DNA of 63,329 bases, counting the filler, from Lenisia limosa (taxonomy: Eukaryota > Protista > Breviatea), in assembly GCA_001655205.1 (NCBI GenBank). It is 17 parts of 17 records of this genome, joined end to end, with 100 filler letters (N's around TTAATTAATTAA, not from the genome) between each part and the next. Parts side by side here need not be neighbours in the genome. Positions count along the whole stretch, not along the records: positions 1 to 2,055 come from LPNZ01000630.1; positions 2,156 to 4,523 come from LPNZ01010516.1; positions 4,624 to 9,259 come from LPNZ01007353.1; positions 9,360 to 13,821 come from LPNZ01011600.1; 13 more parts are not named here. The stretch is one strand, 5' to 3'. The notes beneath the pieces are model-generated. The model saw only the letters and a program-made list of their open reading frames with translations. It made no database searches and was not told the origin of the DNA. Both the position numbers and the translations under genes were made by a program. This document shows positions 1 to 12,378 of the stretch, in pieces; positions within the stretch are counted from its first letter, which is position 1, and every line of letters starts with the position of its first letter.

Positions 1-23
1 TTTGACCCCCCCCCCCCTCATAG

Positions 24-89
24 GTCGGCCAAACTACGCTGGCGTTTATGAACAAATTTGAGTACTCGTCCGTGCGCTTCCGCTGCCTC
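24..89 (+). CDS. Isolated candidate exon (VGQTTLAFMNKFEYSSVRFRCL), product unknown
   Basis: 66-nt open phase-0 exon with a poly-C...TCATAG acceptor and a GTGGGGGGGG donor, matching the splice-site style seen across the window. A minus-strand reading is also open, so strand is uncertain. Confidence 0.4.
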
Positions 90-120
90 GTGGGGGGGGG
101 TGGTACTTGATTGTTGAGAG

Positions 121-219
121 TAGGGCTTCACTTCGGTTCAAAAAAGACCGGTAAATTATCAATAGTTTTCGAGGATTTATCGAGACATTTAGTCTTTTTT
201 CTAACCGAAGTGAAGCCTA
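121..219. mobile_element. MITE family A, subfamily A1 (~100 bp)
   Basis: TIR TAGGGCTTCACTTCGGTTCAAAAAAGAC ... GTCTTTTTTCTAACCGAAGTGAAGCCTA; no coding capacity. Confidence 0.85.
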
Positions 220-789
220 GTTGAGATGTTCGATATGTGAAGGGGGTGGGAGAGTGGGTGATGTATATAATATGTAATATGTTTGGGAGTACTTGTTTGA
301 TACGATGGTATTTTGTATATTAAGAAGGGGGGGGGGGGTCAAATGAATTTATGAAAATAAAAACAGCCCAAAATCAACCCTGATGGCTGACAATACAAGA
401 GTGTTGAGAAAAACAAATAATCAATGTGGGAACTTGATCAAAAATATGAAGAAAATCCTGAAAATTATCAAATATTAAGAAAAAGAAAAAATTAATTATC
501 AAAAATTATATCAAAATAAGAAAAGAAACCCAAAATCTAAAAATATGCGACGTACATTTGTTATGTGCCTTTACTTGGGATTCTTGTAAATATGTTAAAA
601 TCCCATATTGACATGCATGTAATTTAATGGGATTTTGAAGAAATTTTATGTGATTCCCAAATAAAACAAGGGAATCCCGAGTCGATGCGCCTGCAGCGTA
701 ATATGAAGACAATCGCAACCAAGGTCAAACGAGAGCGAACACCCCAGACACACACAAACAAAACGACAAACAAAAATATACTATATCAT

Positions 790-2055
790 ATGATATAATA
801 TATACAGCGTCCTCACTTCATCAGGGGTGGTGTTGCCATCGTGTCCCATTGAACGACTCGTGAATTGCGGGAATGAATCACCCCGGAAGTTCTACAGACG
901 TTGAATGTGGTGTACTCTTTTCACTGTAATATGTTTTATAGCTCAATATGATATGAAAAGTAGGCCATGTGATCGGTCAAAAATCAAAGCCGATAGGGTT
1001 AAGGCGCCTTTGTTCACCTAGTGATATGATGATCATATGACCAACTTTCGATAAAAGATGAATAAGAACAACATGGTATCCAACACCCCCACCCCCACCA
1101 TCATATGAACAATATACTACCATCAAACTGAAGCAATACACTCGACTGAATGAGCTATCATATCACTAACAAATGTATCCCCTAACATACCGAAGCAATA
1201 TTGACGTTACCCTTGTGCCAGTAGTTGACAACCATGAGCCAATAGGCGCCCTCATGGAGCTCACAGTATCCGAGGTGTGACCCTCCCTGTTTTTAGTTAG
1301 GCTTGTGAGGAGGAACGGTGTGAATAAGGCTTCACTTCGGTTCAGAAAAAGACTGAATTTCTCAAATTTGAAGGACGTTTCATTAAAATATTCAATGAAA
1401 TATGGCTGAGTGCTTCATTTCGGTTCGAAAAAAAGACTCGATAAATCCTGGAAAGCTATCGATATTGTATCGATCTTCTTCAGACCAGAGTGAAGCATCC
1501 GTGTCAGGACTTTCCTGGTCAGTGTGGGTATTAATATATCGAAAATATCCCAATGCCAACACTATTTTAGAAAAACCCTACAATTCCTGGTTGTTTCTTA
1601 TTCGGTATTTTAGTGGCCTGGGCCTTACAAATAGGACCGAAGGGAAGCCCTATATACACCGCCACCTTACATCAGAGGCAGCCATATAGAGGTGCTTCGA
1701 GGGCATTTCGTCTAAACCGTCAAAGGAAGCAAAGGATAAATAAATAGGATATGGAGCAGCCCCACGCATCCGAATCACATTTCTGATATCATTTAGTGTT
1801 ATGATAAAATCACCCCCACTCACTACATCATTTGCAGTGACCGGGATAGTCATATTTTCCTTGGGAAAACACATACAAATCGGTCAAGTCTTATCCCGGT
1901 CACTGTATCTATAACCCCCCACACACACAAAATTTCGAATCATTATATCATTTACTATATGTAGATACATATTCCCCTCTCCCCACATCCGAACCACATC
2001 GGGAAGCATGCCGCCGCCGCCTCACATGACGCCACCGGATACTCCGCCACCGTGC
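790..2055 (-). CDS. Probable multi-exon gene fragment, product unknown
   Basis: GC-richer exon-like blocks with GT-AG edges on the minus strand, e.g. DEMPSKHLYMAASDV, GSHLGYCELHEGAYWLMVVNYWHK, NFRGDSFPQFTSRSMGHDGNTTPDEVRT. No family recognised. Confidence 0.3.
1835..1905. mobile_element. Tc1/mariner-type MITE, family H (~70-80 bp)
   Basis: Ends CAGTGACCGGGATA...TATCCCGGTCACTG followed by TA. Related copies at 25793-25858 and 37889-37967 (TA-CAGTG start). Confidence 0.65.
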
Positions 2056-2099
2056 NNNNNNNNNNNNNNNNNNNNNNNNNNNNNNNNNNNNNNNNNNNN

Positions 2100-2111
2100 T
2101 TAATTAATTAA
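2100..2111. other. Artificial scaffold-joining linker TTAATTAATTAA (first of 16)
   Basis: Identical 12-mer with stops in all six frames, embedded in N runs at 2100, 4568, 9304, 13866, 15277, 16614, 24676, 27255, 30484, 31890, 33242, 49240, 52723, 53968, 60111 and 61769. Confidence 0.97.
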
Positions 2112-2170
2112 NNNNNNNNNNNNNNNNNNNNNNNNNNNNNNNNNNNNNNNNNNNNACCCCCACCCCTCAG

Positions 2171-4244
2171 ACAGCCCCGCAGCCAGCCAAGGGAAGTTGG
2201 GACATGGGCGGATGGAGAAACGAGAAGCCGAAGAAGGCTAGTCTCGCTCCTGCCTCTGGTCAAGCTGTTCCTGTTGCTGCCCAGGTTAGTCTTCTGTGTT
2301 TATGTATATTATACATATCATAATAATCCAAAAGCTGTATCGTTTAATATTTTTTTTCTCTTTTCCAATCTCTCTTATAAGCGTGTTAGGGTGGGCTGCT
2401 TCAGTCAGATGAAATCTTGTTCTGTTTCCTTCTCATTTATTATGTACAATGAATCGTATAAGTAGGCCATCACTTTAGTTCGAAAAAAGACACTTTCTCG
2501 CTAAATCNNNNNNNNNNNNNNNNNNNNNNNNNNNNNNNNNNNNNNNNNNNNNNNNNNNNNNNNNNNNNNNNNNNNNNNNNNNNNNNNNNNNNNNNNNNNN
2601 NNNNNNNNNNNNNNNNNNNNNNNNNNNNNNNNNNNNNNNNNNNNNNNNNNNNNNNNNNNNNNNNNNNNNNNNNNNNNNNNNNNNNNNNNNNNNNGGAAAC
2701 GAGAAGACGAAGAAAGCCAGTCCTCCCGTCCAAATGGCGCCTGTTGCTCAGGTTGGTTCCGTGCAATTAATTGATAAATTACAAAATTTGAAATGAGACC
2801 TATTGTTATTGGAACTCCATTTCAGACACTATCATTTCAAACTTTGTCAATTAATTTCTTCAAAATAGTAATTACATGGTGTACTTTATAGATAATTATT
2901 GGGTGGTTAGTGATATGGATCAGAATGTTATCGATGTTTATCATCAATAGGGCTCACTTCTATTCGAAAAAAGGCTGAATTTCTCGATAAGTCTATTAAT
3001 ATTTTATCGGTCTTTTTCAAACCGAAGTGAAGCCCTAATTATGGGTTTTTTGTAATTGAGAGCTTACCCATCTTTAAATATTGGAATTTCACTTCGGTTC
3101 GGAATTGATACCTTTACGCCAGTATTCTTCGTCGAAATTTCCTGCTTTTACACCCCCAGACAACCCCGCAACCAGCCAAGGGAAGTTGGGACATGGGCGG
3201 ATGGGGAAACGAGAAGCCGAAGAAAGTCAAGCCTGCCACCCCCGTGCAAGCCGCTCCGACTGCCGCTCCCGTCCAAATGACACCTGTTGCTCAGGTTGGT
3301 TTATGCAATTAATCTTTTGAGGAAATTAATCGACAAAATTCGAAATTATCGTGTCTGGAATAGGGTTCTCGTTCGAATATGTCCGACTTTCAATCCTAGA
3401 TAATATGATCAATATCTTTTATAAGCGTGAAGGGTTTTGTGTTCTTTCGTTTCCCACCTCTGTATTTTCAATTAGGGCTTTACTTCAATTCGAAAAAGAC
3501 CGGTATATTATCGAAAGTTTTGGAGGGTTTATCGAGAAATTCAGTCTGTTTTCGAATCGATGTGAAGCCCAATTTTCTACTATGTATCTACACTCTACTA
3601 AAGGCTTGACTGATGAAATCTTTATTCATCGACGATTTGTCTTTATTTATCGAGGATTTGTCTTTATTTATCGAGGATTTGTCTTTATTTATCGAGGATT
3701 TATAGGGGATTTATCGATATGGCTCAATTTTATCAAGAGTTATCATAAGAGTGCAATTATGTACAAGCCCTAGTTGTCATGGAGTTTTCGAAATTGAGAC
3801 TTATCGTTTGGATTCAAATTCCACCCCCCAGCCGGCCAAGGGAAGTTGGGACATGGGCGGATGGGGAAACGAGAAGCCGAAGAAGGTCAAGCCTGCCACT
3901 CGCATGCAGGCGGCTCCAGCTACCCCTGTGCAAGTACGTGGGAGCGGTATGGCTTCACTTCGGTTCGAAAAAGACTGATAAAATATCGATATCTATCGAG
4001 GATTTCGAGAAAATCAGTCTTTTCGAACCAAAGTGAAGCCCTAGTATAGTGGATATATTTTAGTTGTTTTCAATTCCTTGCGATTATTTAGCTAATAGAG
4101 TGAATTTTGGTTTTTTTGGGTTTTGTTTCTATAAATTTGCAACCCCCCCCCCTCCCCTTCCTGAACCGTTATTTTATTGTTTTGACCTTTCCAGAGTGCT
4201 CCTGTCGCCGCNNNNNNNNNNNNNNNNNNNNNNNNNCACCTCAG
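2171..4244 (+). CDS. Partial gene made of duplicated exons encoding a (Q)PAKGSWDMGGWGNEKPKK + Pro/Ala-rich repeat
   Basis: Exons 2171-2284 (38 aa), ~2695-2751 (partial, gap), 3160-3294 (45 aa) and 3832-3933 (34 aa). The three complete exons are phase 0-0 with canonical AG/GT edges. Confidence 0.8.
2948..3037. mobile_element. MITE family A1
   Basis: TAGGGCTCACTTC...GAAGTGAAGCCCTA inverted termini, intronic. Confidence 0.85.
3473..3572. mobile_element. MITE family A1
   Basis: TAGGGCTTTACTTCAATTCGAAAAAGAC...GTGAAGCCCAA, intronic. Confidence 0.8.
3619..3701. repeat. 21-bp minisatellite (TCTTTATTTATCGAGGATTTG) x~4
   Basis: Direct tandem units; the core ATCGAGGATTT matches the interior of MITE family A. 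Confidence 0.85.
3949..4043. mobile_element. MITE family A1
   Basis: GGCTTCACTTCGGTTCGAAAAAGAC...GTCTTTTCGAACCAAAGTGAAGCCCTA, starting about 15 nt after a donor site. Confidence 0.85.
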
Positions 4245-4427
4245 GTTGGAAACTGAACTGTATTTCTTTTTGTTTAAATCATGGATTTATTTTTTGTTTT
4301 TGCAAGAATATTTATGAAATATCTAAAACTCATCCTTCTTGACTATGACTCAGAACAATAAAAACTTCACCACCCCCCAGGTTTTTGGAATTTCTGTCTT
4401 GTTACATTTTTTGAGGGGTGGCGGGGT

Positions 4428-4523
4428 GGGGCTTCACTTCGGTTCGAATAAGACAGAATTTCTCAATAAATTCTCGAAGACTATCGATATTTTACCGGGT
4501 TTTTTTTGAACCGGAGTGAAGCC
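4428..4523. mobile_element. MITE family A1
   Basis: GGGCTTCACTTCGGTTCGAA...TTGAACCGGAGTGAAGCC. Confidence 0.8.
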
Positions 4524-5305
4524 NNNNNNNNNNNNNNNNNNNNNNNNNNNNNNNNNNNNNNNNNNNNTTAATTAATTAANNNNNNNNNNNNNNNNNNNNN
4601 NNNNNNNNNNNNNNNNNNNNNNNGTTACATTGCCATTTTCACTGCTTAGGGGTTACATTGCCATTTTCACTGCTTAGGGGTTATCGTTTCCATCACAGCG
4701 GATCTTTACTGAAGAGACTTTTCTCAGGTCTATTACATTACTAGGAATTTACACACTCTAACTGTGTGAGTTATATGTGTAATGATCAGCGTATCTGAAG
4801 GGCTAATGTATCCTTTGAATTGGGTTTTCAATTACTTGCCCTGTACGTGCCATTTTCAATTTATTTTTAACAAAACATATATCGATGTAGTATATATGAT
4901 CTATATGATACGATTGTCCCCTTCCCTCCTCCCTCCTCCTTGTTATTTCATGTCTACTTCATGTTGCTTGATATATGATATTATAAACATTCTTTTCTTT
5001 CTTGATTACTCGATTACTCCTTTATTACTCCCCGCAAACTCCCCGAGATACAAACAAGTTGCAAACAAGCAACATGAAGTAGACATGAAGCAACAAGGAG
5101 GAGGGAGGAGGGAAGGGGAGGGCACATGACGGTCCAATCGTATCAATTAGTTGATTGAATTGATCGATGGGCAATGGAACCCCCAGATTTAATAACTCAA
5201 AAACGCCAAGCGCCACACGCCCCCTCTCAACCTCAATATGTAAGAACACATCAAGTATAAGAACAAATAAGAAGAAAGACCAAATAACACTCAAAGAATA
5301 TCAAG

Positions 5306-8300
5306 ATGGGGAAATCCCGACAGAAGAAAAAGCAGGATGCTCCTGCTACTTCACAGCCACAACCACCGCCCAAAAGCGACAGCGAGCATATTATCACCCA
5401 TCTCCATTCAAAGAAAATGTCAAATTTCAAAATTGACCTTCAGGTTTGAGAACTTTCATTGTCATAGTTATTGTGGACCACCCCCCCCCCCCCTTCCACT
5501 CANNNNNNNNNNNNNNNNNNNNNNNNNNNNNNNNNNNNNNNNNNNNNNNNNNNNNNNNNNNNNNNNNNTGGAAGCCATTAGATCCGGAGATGGCATGACC
5601 CTGCACTACTTGACCCAGTTCCATGACCTCAACTCAACCTTCAAAGACAAGGAGTCAGGAGGGTCCATTGCACATATGTTGGGGGGGGGGGGGGGGNNNN
5701 NNNNNNNNNNNNNNNNNNNNNNNNNNNNNNNNNNNNNNNNNNNNNNNNNNNNNNNNNNNNCAAAGAGATATTTAAAAAACAAACAGGTTTATTGAAGACA
5801 AAGGAATCGAGAGGATATTGAATCTTAGTGTAAAGGTAGAATTTAATCCAACACAACAAAGAGAAGTTCCAATATGTTACTGTTTGAATCTTTGTTTTTT
5901 TTTTGTTATTTCGCAAAATATGATCCAGTGTTAACTTTGCCCTTCTTAGGCTTGCTGAAAAGGGACAATACCCCCTTTTATGTCATATATTGTCACGGAT
6001 GCCCGCCCAGTTACCTATGATGGATAATGAAGGGCTTGACCCGCTTCAATGTGCCCGGTATGCCTTGACTGAAAACAGTATAACTTGTTTTCTGCACTAA
6101 ATCCCTCCAATAGAAATGCTCACTCTCCCCCTTTATTACTGCAAAATTGGTCAGGCTGTTCTTTGTTTTTGTTTGTGTTTACACCCTTGCCTCTCATGTT
6201 TGGCAAGTAGTGTTAATACTCTGTGTTCTGTTATCTCATTTACTCTGCAAGATCAAGCGGAGTATGCCGGCCGCTCAAGGATGCAATTCAAGGCTTCAAC
6301 GGCGTTGCAAGGTAATTAGCTGGGTGCACCTTTAACTCTAATTACTAGAGCACTTCTCACCATTAACCCTCACTATATCCTTTGATGCACTAGGACACCA
6401 GGATACCCCTCCATTCACGATCCTGCAGATGGGGTGTCGAAATGGATCAAGAGAGCGCGGGAGGGCTTTGCACCCGGTGATGTGTTGTCTTGGGGTGGGT
6501 TGCTATCTTTTGATGAGTTTGGTGTTATTTGGTCCAATCATGCAGAAGTGAAAAATTCAGCATTTTTTGGAACTGAAGTGAAACACCTAGTTATGAGGTT
6601 CCTTTCTCGTATAACTGTGCCTTCGGGTTATTGTTCACACATATCATATTATCCACTTTTTCGAATTCTTAGAAATTATCTGCTAGAACTGAAATGCTAC
6701 ACGCTGTGTATTTGGGCTGAAGCCGTTTTCACGCTCCTCATTAGGCAATGGGGCCGACTTTCTTCTTGGACATGAAAACACCACTTCTCACGAACATGCG
6801 AAGGTGAGGGGCTCAATTGGCGTTAAAGAATTCTGAGAACAATAGTCACAATCTAGCGAGTGGATCTCTTAGCAACTCGGCAATGCCACCCCTCTTCATG
6901 GCCTCAAACACTGAAGTTTGTTGCTACGTCATCGTCCTCGGCTTTTGCGGTTTGCTGCGCGGTATCGCAATTGAAATATGAACTCTTATTTTCGTCTTTT
7001 TTCATCATTTATCGATTGTTTATGAAACAGATTTCGTCAACAGGCGAGTTGTTTTCGTGGGGGCCCTCAGGACCACTTCTCGGTCTCGACTCTCACGCAG
7101 CTTCTATCCGTAAGGGGACCCAGCGACCCAAAGGAGGGGGGTCGGTACTATTCCAAGAATTTCAACTGACAGAAAAGGTCCTACTAAAGTTCCGCTGAAG
7201 GGGAAATGCGAGTATGTGGCAGCCTCTGATCAGACAACATTGGCGGTAAATGACAAAGGNNNNNNNNNNNNNNNNNNNNNNNNNNNNNNNNNNNNNNNNN
7301 NNNNNNNNNGTGACTTTGCACCAACTAATATAACACAGGGGCCTGAACCATCGGTCTTGCCTTGGTCTTGAAAACACAGCCTCCACTGTCTTGTACCCCA
7401 CATGCGTGACAAGTCTGAGTGAGCACTTTATCGTCTCAGCTGCCTGCTCTCGCGACCACTCAGTGTTTATCACTCGAAACGGCCAGGTTCTGACATGTGG
7501 TCAAGGCGCTAATAGGCTGGGCTATCGTCCAAGGAAAATGGGTGGGTATTTGAAAAGCGTTATGATATTATTCTATGACTATAATGGACAAAAATTTTGC
7601 TCGCAGAAAAGTATTTTGACATATATTAGGCCGGCACCATGTTCAAACGCTTCCTCGAATTATACCTACTATCCCTCGAATCTTGGAGGCCAAGTGAGTG
7701 TTTTGACTTTTGAAATGTAAGAGTCCCAGATTTAACAGTTCAGGTGCACTTCTCAGGTTACTGCATGTCTCAGTAAGACAGTAAGCAGGAAGCTCATAAT
7801 GTGCATAATCTCAACATTTTTCAAACCATAATGCCATGTATAATCACTTTTAGGCGTCAGTGACGGTCTTTGGAGAGAACTTTGAAGGAACACGCCGGAT
7901 TACCCTTGTTAACTCCATCATGTTTGCTTTGTTAACCCCATCATATTTGCTTTGTTAACTCCATCATGTTTGCCGGATTTCCCTTGTTAAATATCACGCA
8001 ATATGTCCATCTATCAATATTCCTTTGGACTACAACTGGAGGTAAATCTCAGATAATTATATTGAATATGAAATACTTAACTCTTCACATTTATTACACC
8101 CCAGCGCAAAAGACCACACTTTCGGAAGACATGTTCCAATGAAGTTGGTGAGGTGTTTTAGGAATCCTTCACATGCTATCGTTTTCCACGCATTTTCTCA
8201 CAAAATAGACCGGGAGTACTCTGGATGGCTCTTGGTGAAGTACTGTGAGAGGTCTATTTTGATGCTGTGATTCAGTGTTTTGTTTTTCATTTCCATTATC

Positions 8301-9204
8301 GAATCTAATTGTTCTGGGTTTGACGTTTTCTGTTGTTTTTTTTTTGTGTTAATCTCTTTCAATATTCGCTCCTATTGTGTTTATCTGTATTATTTGAGCC
8401 CTTCAAACAAACAGGGCTCATCTTTCAGTGTCGGTACGTCTCTTTCAACAGTTATCGCATTGGGCTCCATGAGTGGTGACCTTTTCGTGGCCGTATTCGG
8501 CAAGTACAGTGCGGTATGATGGGCAAATCTGCTCGCTTGTGAGCTAGCATCGTTATTTTTCTATTTTTGCTAGATGTTTGTTATCAAGCCAGACACATGG
8601 CCTTCCAAAGGCGGCTTTCGTTGACCCAAACAACGTGTCAAACGCCAATCGACTCAAAGTCCCAAAAGTTAGAAGGCTAACATTGTCATAGTTGTATCAT
8701 TTATCATCAGCTTTTGCCTAGTACATTTGAAGAATTTCTAAACGTTTTTATTGTGTTGTGCTAATGTAATATAATGTTCACTAACATGGGGTAGGTGCGA
8801 ATGCCGTCATTTGTGTCAGTGGTTACAGGGTCCTTCACGCGCAACAACCTTTTTGTCGTTTCTGGTGAGCAAAATCCAAGTTACCTGTCCCAACATGGCT
8901 ATTTGTTTTTCAAGAATTGAATCCCATTTATCGTGTCAATACTACAAACATAGCAATGCTACTTACGAGCACAGATCTTGGTGATGTATATTCTATTTCG
9001 CTGAAAGACCTCTTCAAGAGCTGTGTTCCCGAGTCTCCTGAGCCATACCAATGTAAGCTACTGTCGAGGTTCTGTTACCCGTTCTGTGAGCTGAACTCTA
9101 TCCCACTCTTATAGACCACCCTGTGTGCCCCGTTTCCCGTATTGTTGGAGCGGAGAGAGTCATCCAAATCGCTTCCGGGAACTCTCATACTCTTACAGTG
9201 TCTT
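5306..9204 (+). CDS. Ankyrin-repeat + RCC1-repeat protein (IBTK-like), multi-exon, 3' truncated
   Basis: First exon 5306-5443 MGKSRQKKK...; ankyrin-like exons EAIRSGDGMTLHYLTQFHDLNSTFKDKESGGSIAH and LAEKGQYPLLCHILSRMPAQLPMMDNEGLDPLQCA; RCC1-like exons GDVLSWG/NGADFLLGH, FIVSAACSRDHSVFITRNGQVLTCGQGANRLGY and RVIQIASGNSHTLTVS. The ANK-then-RCC1 order matches IBTK, but the BTB domain is not in the window. Confidence 0.75.
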
Positions 9205-10310
9205 GTGGTTGGCGGGGATTTTGCCTCTATTTGAGGGGCTTCACTTCGGTTCGAAAAAANNNNNNNNNNNNNNNNNNNNNNNNNNNNNNNNNNNNNNNNN
9301 NNNTTAATTAATTAANNNNNNNNNNNNNNNNNNNNNNNNNNNNNNNNNNNNNNNNNNNNTCCAGGGATCTGGTTATGGTGGTCAGGGATCTGGGATCTGG
9401 TTAGGGATCTGGCGGCGTTTTCCCACCACTTTTGCTGCTTTTGCCAAAAATCACCCCCTTACTCCTTATTAAAAAGGAAGAAAACAGGAAGAAAGGAGGA
9501 AAACCGCTGGAAAAACGAGAAGATATAGATATCAGCTGAATTTTATATAAGTTCAGTGTTTTTAGTATGGTAGAGACGGAGGTAGTATTCATAGATGCTG
9601 TATCAAAGGATATCATTCCTCATTTTATCGAATCCCACACTCCAGCTTATCTCCTAAGCACCCTGAAACATGAAGCCACACACAACTATGTTGTCAATTT
9701 TTATTCGAAAACCTCCGTTGACCTTCTTTCAGGCGACAACGTTGACCACAATGATGTTGGAAAGTAGGAACCTTTGATTTTTTGATAACTATAGCGCAGT
9801 AGCGGAGATCTAGGATATGTTTTTTCATGAAAATTCATACTTTAGGGCTTCTATTTATCTTGACATTGTTAAGCGTTTGAAGGCCCATAGTCAGAGGGGC
9901 CAACTCTGCCGCCGCACTTGATGAAGGTTTGTAAGATATAATGTGTGTATTATGTACATGTAAAAAGGATTGGGAAATACTATAATCCAATATCTCTTAA
10001 CATTGTGATGGTGTGGACGCCTTTGGCCAGGCACTATCTTTTTTATTTTCTCCACAAGGTATCGTATGCATCTATCTAAAGTGACCGTGGTCAACGCTCA
10101 CCACAGTTGCTGTGTGTTTAAGAGTATTGTTACCATTTTTAGATGAATTGAACTTGAACTTGAACCCCCATTCCCAATCCCCCATCCCTACCTCTTCCTC
10201 CTCTTACTCCGAACGTAAGCAATTATTTCTTTTTCAACGAAAGACGATCTCACTATTAGCGGATGGACTTACGGCTTTTTATATTAATGTCTGACTACGT
10301 AGTCTTAGCT

Positions 10311-10620
10311 TTCATTGACACGCTACGAAGAGAAAATTCCAACCTCAAGATACAGCTCACATGGTTTGTGGAAGAGTAAATTTGTTACCATGAGTTACAT
10401 GAACTTTTCATTTATTAGATTATTACGTCAAACAAACAAACGCCAACTTGCCTTTATAAACACTTAGTCTTTTCAAGAAAAACCTCCCACTTGAGGAATA
10501 GTTGCGAGCTGAAGCAGAAAAGGGTACCGAAGATGAGCTCTCCGAGGCTTCTCTGCATGCCTTCAAAACCATGGCAAGGAACCTTAATAAGCGGCCCAAG
10601 GGCCGTCGCTTTGATCGTGC
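10311..10620 (+). pseudogene. Degenerate coding remnant, possibly the N-terminus of a P-element/THAP9-like transposase
   Basis: Coiled-coil FIDTLRRENSNLKIQL, then LPLEE*LRAEAEKG...KTMARNLNKRPKGRRFD with in-frame stops. N-x-x-K-x-P-K-G-R-R-F resembles a motif recalled from P-like transposases; the region is repeat-dense. Confidence 0.3.
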
Positions 10621-10960
10621 ATGTCGGAGCCGTTATATAATATTATACTATCTAATGATATAGCATGTTGTAGTAAATGATACCATATATATCATAGAGA
10701 CAAAACATGAATCACGGGACAAACTGTGAATCAGGACAAAACTGTGAATCTCTTGTTTTTGAAAATACTAATGCTTGTTCTTGTTCTATTTCTGTTTTTA
10801 ACATTCTGTTTTTTGGAAAGCGTTCATTTATACCTATTTTCACTTCAATATAAGTTCTCTCCCTGTCAGCACCACTTATTTTTTGTGTATTTGAAAATGA
10901 ATTGAATCCTAATTCAAAGATACATGAGAAGACAAAAAACATTACATAGAACAAAACACA

Positions 10961-11540
10961 TCACTTCCTCAGCGCACGAGTACGAACTGGGGTCTTGCGC
11001 TTGGCTGGGGCTTTGGCACGGTTAACCTATATTAGAGTCACAAACGTTCCCGGTAAAACAGAGCCATACTTGTCACTTAAATAAACCAACCTTGGGTTTG
11101 TTCGTTGGGGCCTTTCTGGTAGTGCGCTGACGTACAGGCTTCTAAATACACTTGATTCAACACAAAGTTTGTAAAATCCAATAATTCTCCCCATTCTCAC
11201 GTTGGCTTCATCCGTGGCGGGGACTAGGTTTCGAACTTGATGACCCTAATAGCATGAGAACATATGATGTTGACCAATTTTGTAAACAGGAAGAAAAATC
11301 TAGATAACAACGAAATGTCACCTCATCATACCAATTCGGCAGCAGCGGCATTCATTTTGGCTCGTTCGGCCTTGAGAAGAGACTAGAATATGAGAAAAAT
11401 ATCACACAGGATTAAAAAACAGCTCCAACCTAAATCTAACTCAACAAAACAACAAAACCCCAACTTTTTGACGAAGAAGTTTCATTGAGGGGGGACGGCG
11501 GCAGAACTGTTCTTCAACAATCCAAGAGATCAGCGGGCCA
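10961..11540 (-). CDS. 3' exons of a small basic protein, unknown
   Basis: Exons read SLLKAERAKMNAAAAEL / VIKFETLVPATDEAN / KPVRQRTTRKAPTNKPK / VNRAKAPAKRKTPVRTRALRK*, with GT-AG edges. Confidence 0.45.
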
Positions 11541-11600
11541 AGGAGACCTTAAGGGAGCTTAGTGTTTCTGCCACCCTTTGAGCTGCCAACAAATCATATA

Positions 11601-12279
11601 TGTGGTGGGACAAAACATGAATCACGGGACAAAACTGTGAATCACTTGGTTTTGAAAATATAATTCTCTTCTTGCGCCTTAAATACTGAAAAATTGGTCG
11701 CTTAGATTGACTAAAAGGTAAAAATTATGGATAATTTTGAGAAAAGTTATAACCACCCCAGTTTTTCGAACTTACCTAATAAGGAAAGTCCCTNNNNNNN
11801 NNNNNNNNNNNNNNNNNNNNNNNNNNNNNNNNNNNNNNNNNNNNNNNNNNNNNNNNNNNNNNGTGTAGTTAAATAAATGACACAGGTGACAAATAAATGT
11901 TTGTAAGAAAACAAGTCGGGTGATTTGGCTAGAAATGAGAAGTTTTTGAATTTAGTGAATGTGCGCCGACGCAATGGCGTTCACGAAAATTGAAATGGAA
12001 AAAGTTGTTCATTTTTCCTAAAAGTCCTATCATTGTTGGTAAATTGGTGTATTCATAACATGGTAGCCCCTAGAGCTAAGAAGAGTGAATTCTCTGTAAA
12101 GGTTCGCAAAGAAGGAGAGGTTCTGAAGCGTGTTAAGCGCCAAGGCTTTGAGGCACTTACTTCTCAAGAGAAGGTGGATTCCCTTCAAAAGGAGGCCTCT
12201 TCACAGAAAGTCTGTTTCTCTCAGCGCTCTATCTCTTTCGCTACAGGCATCCCCCAGGCCACCATCAGCCGTCTTTGTA
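11601..12279 (+). mobile_element. Left end and HTH-coding 5' fragment of a DNA transposon (Tc1/mariner/pogo-like)
   Basis: Terminus-like TATGTGGTGGGACAAAACATGAATCACGGGACAAAACTGTGAATC (related copy at ~10697-10750). ORF from ATG 12060 ends ...SQRSISFATGIPQATISRLC, an HTH-like motif, at an N gap. Confidence 0.45.
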
Positions 12280-12378
12280 NNNNNNNNNNNNNNNNNNNNN
12301 NNNNNNNNNNNNNNNNNNNNNNNNNNNNNNNNNNNNNNNNNNNNNNNNNNNNNNNNNNNNNNNNNNTGAAAATGTCAT

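Noticed and set aside
2100-2111. TTAATTAATTAA as a biological motif or PacI site
   Set aside because: It always sits between N runs with an identical sequence; it is an assembly concatenation linker.
3949-4043. MITE family A itself as an introner
   Set aside because: Copies lie inside introns with unrelated flanks and do not provide the GT or AG boundaries.
4624-4682. TTAGGG within a 28-bp duplicated unit at a scaffold start, possibly telomeric
   Set aside because: Only two isolated TTAGGG, separated by 22 nt of other sequence; no telomeric array.
10495-10505. In-frame TAG/TAA (EE*LRAE; also near 45630 and 60227) as stop-to-Gln reassignment
   Set aside because: Conserved exons (SNF2, CH, USP, FERM) contain no in-frame TAA/TAG and use CAA/CAG for Gln, and candidate genes end in TAA or TGA. 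Pseudogene decay or unrecognised introns explain these cases better.
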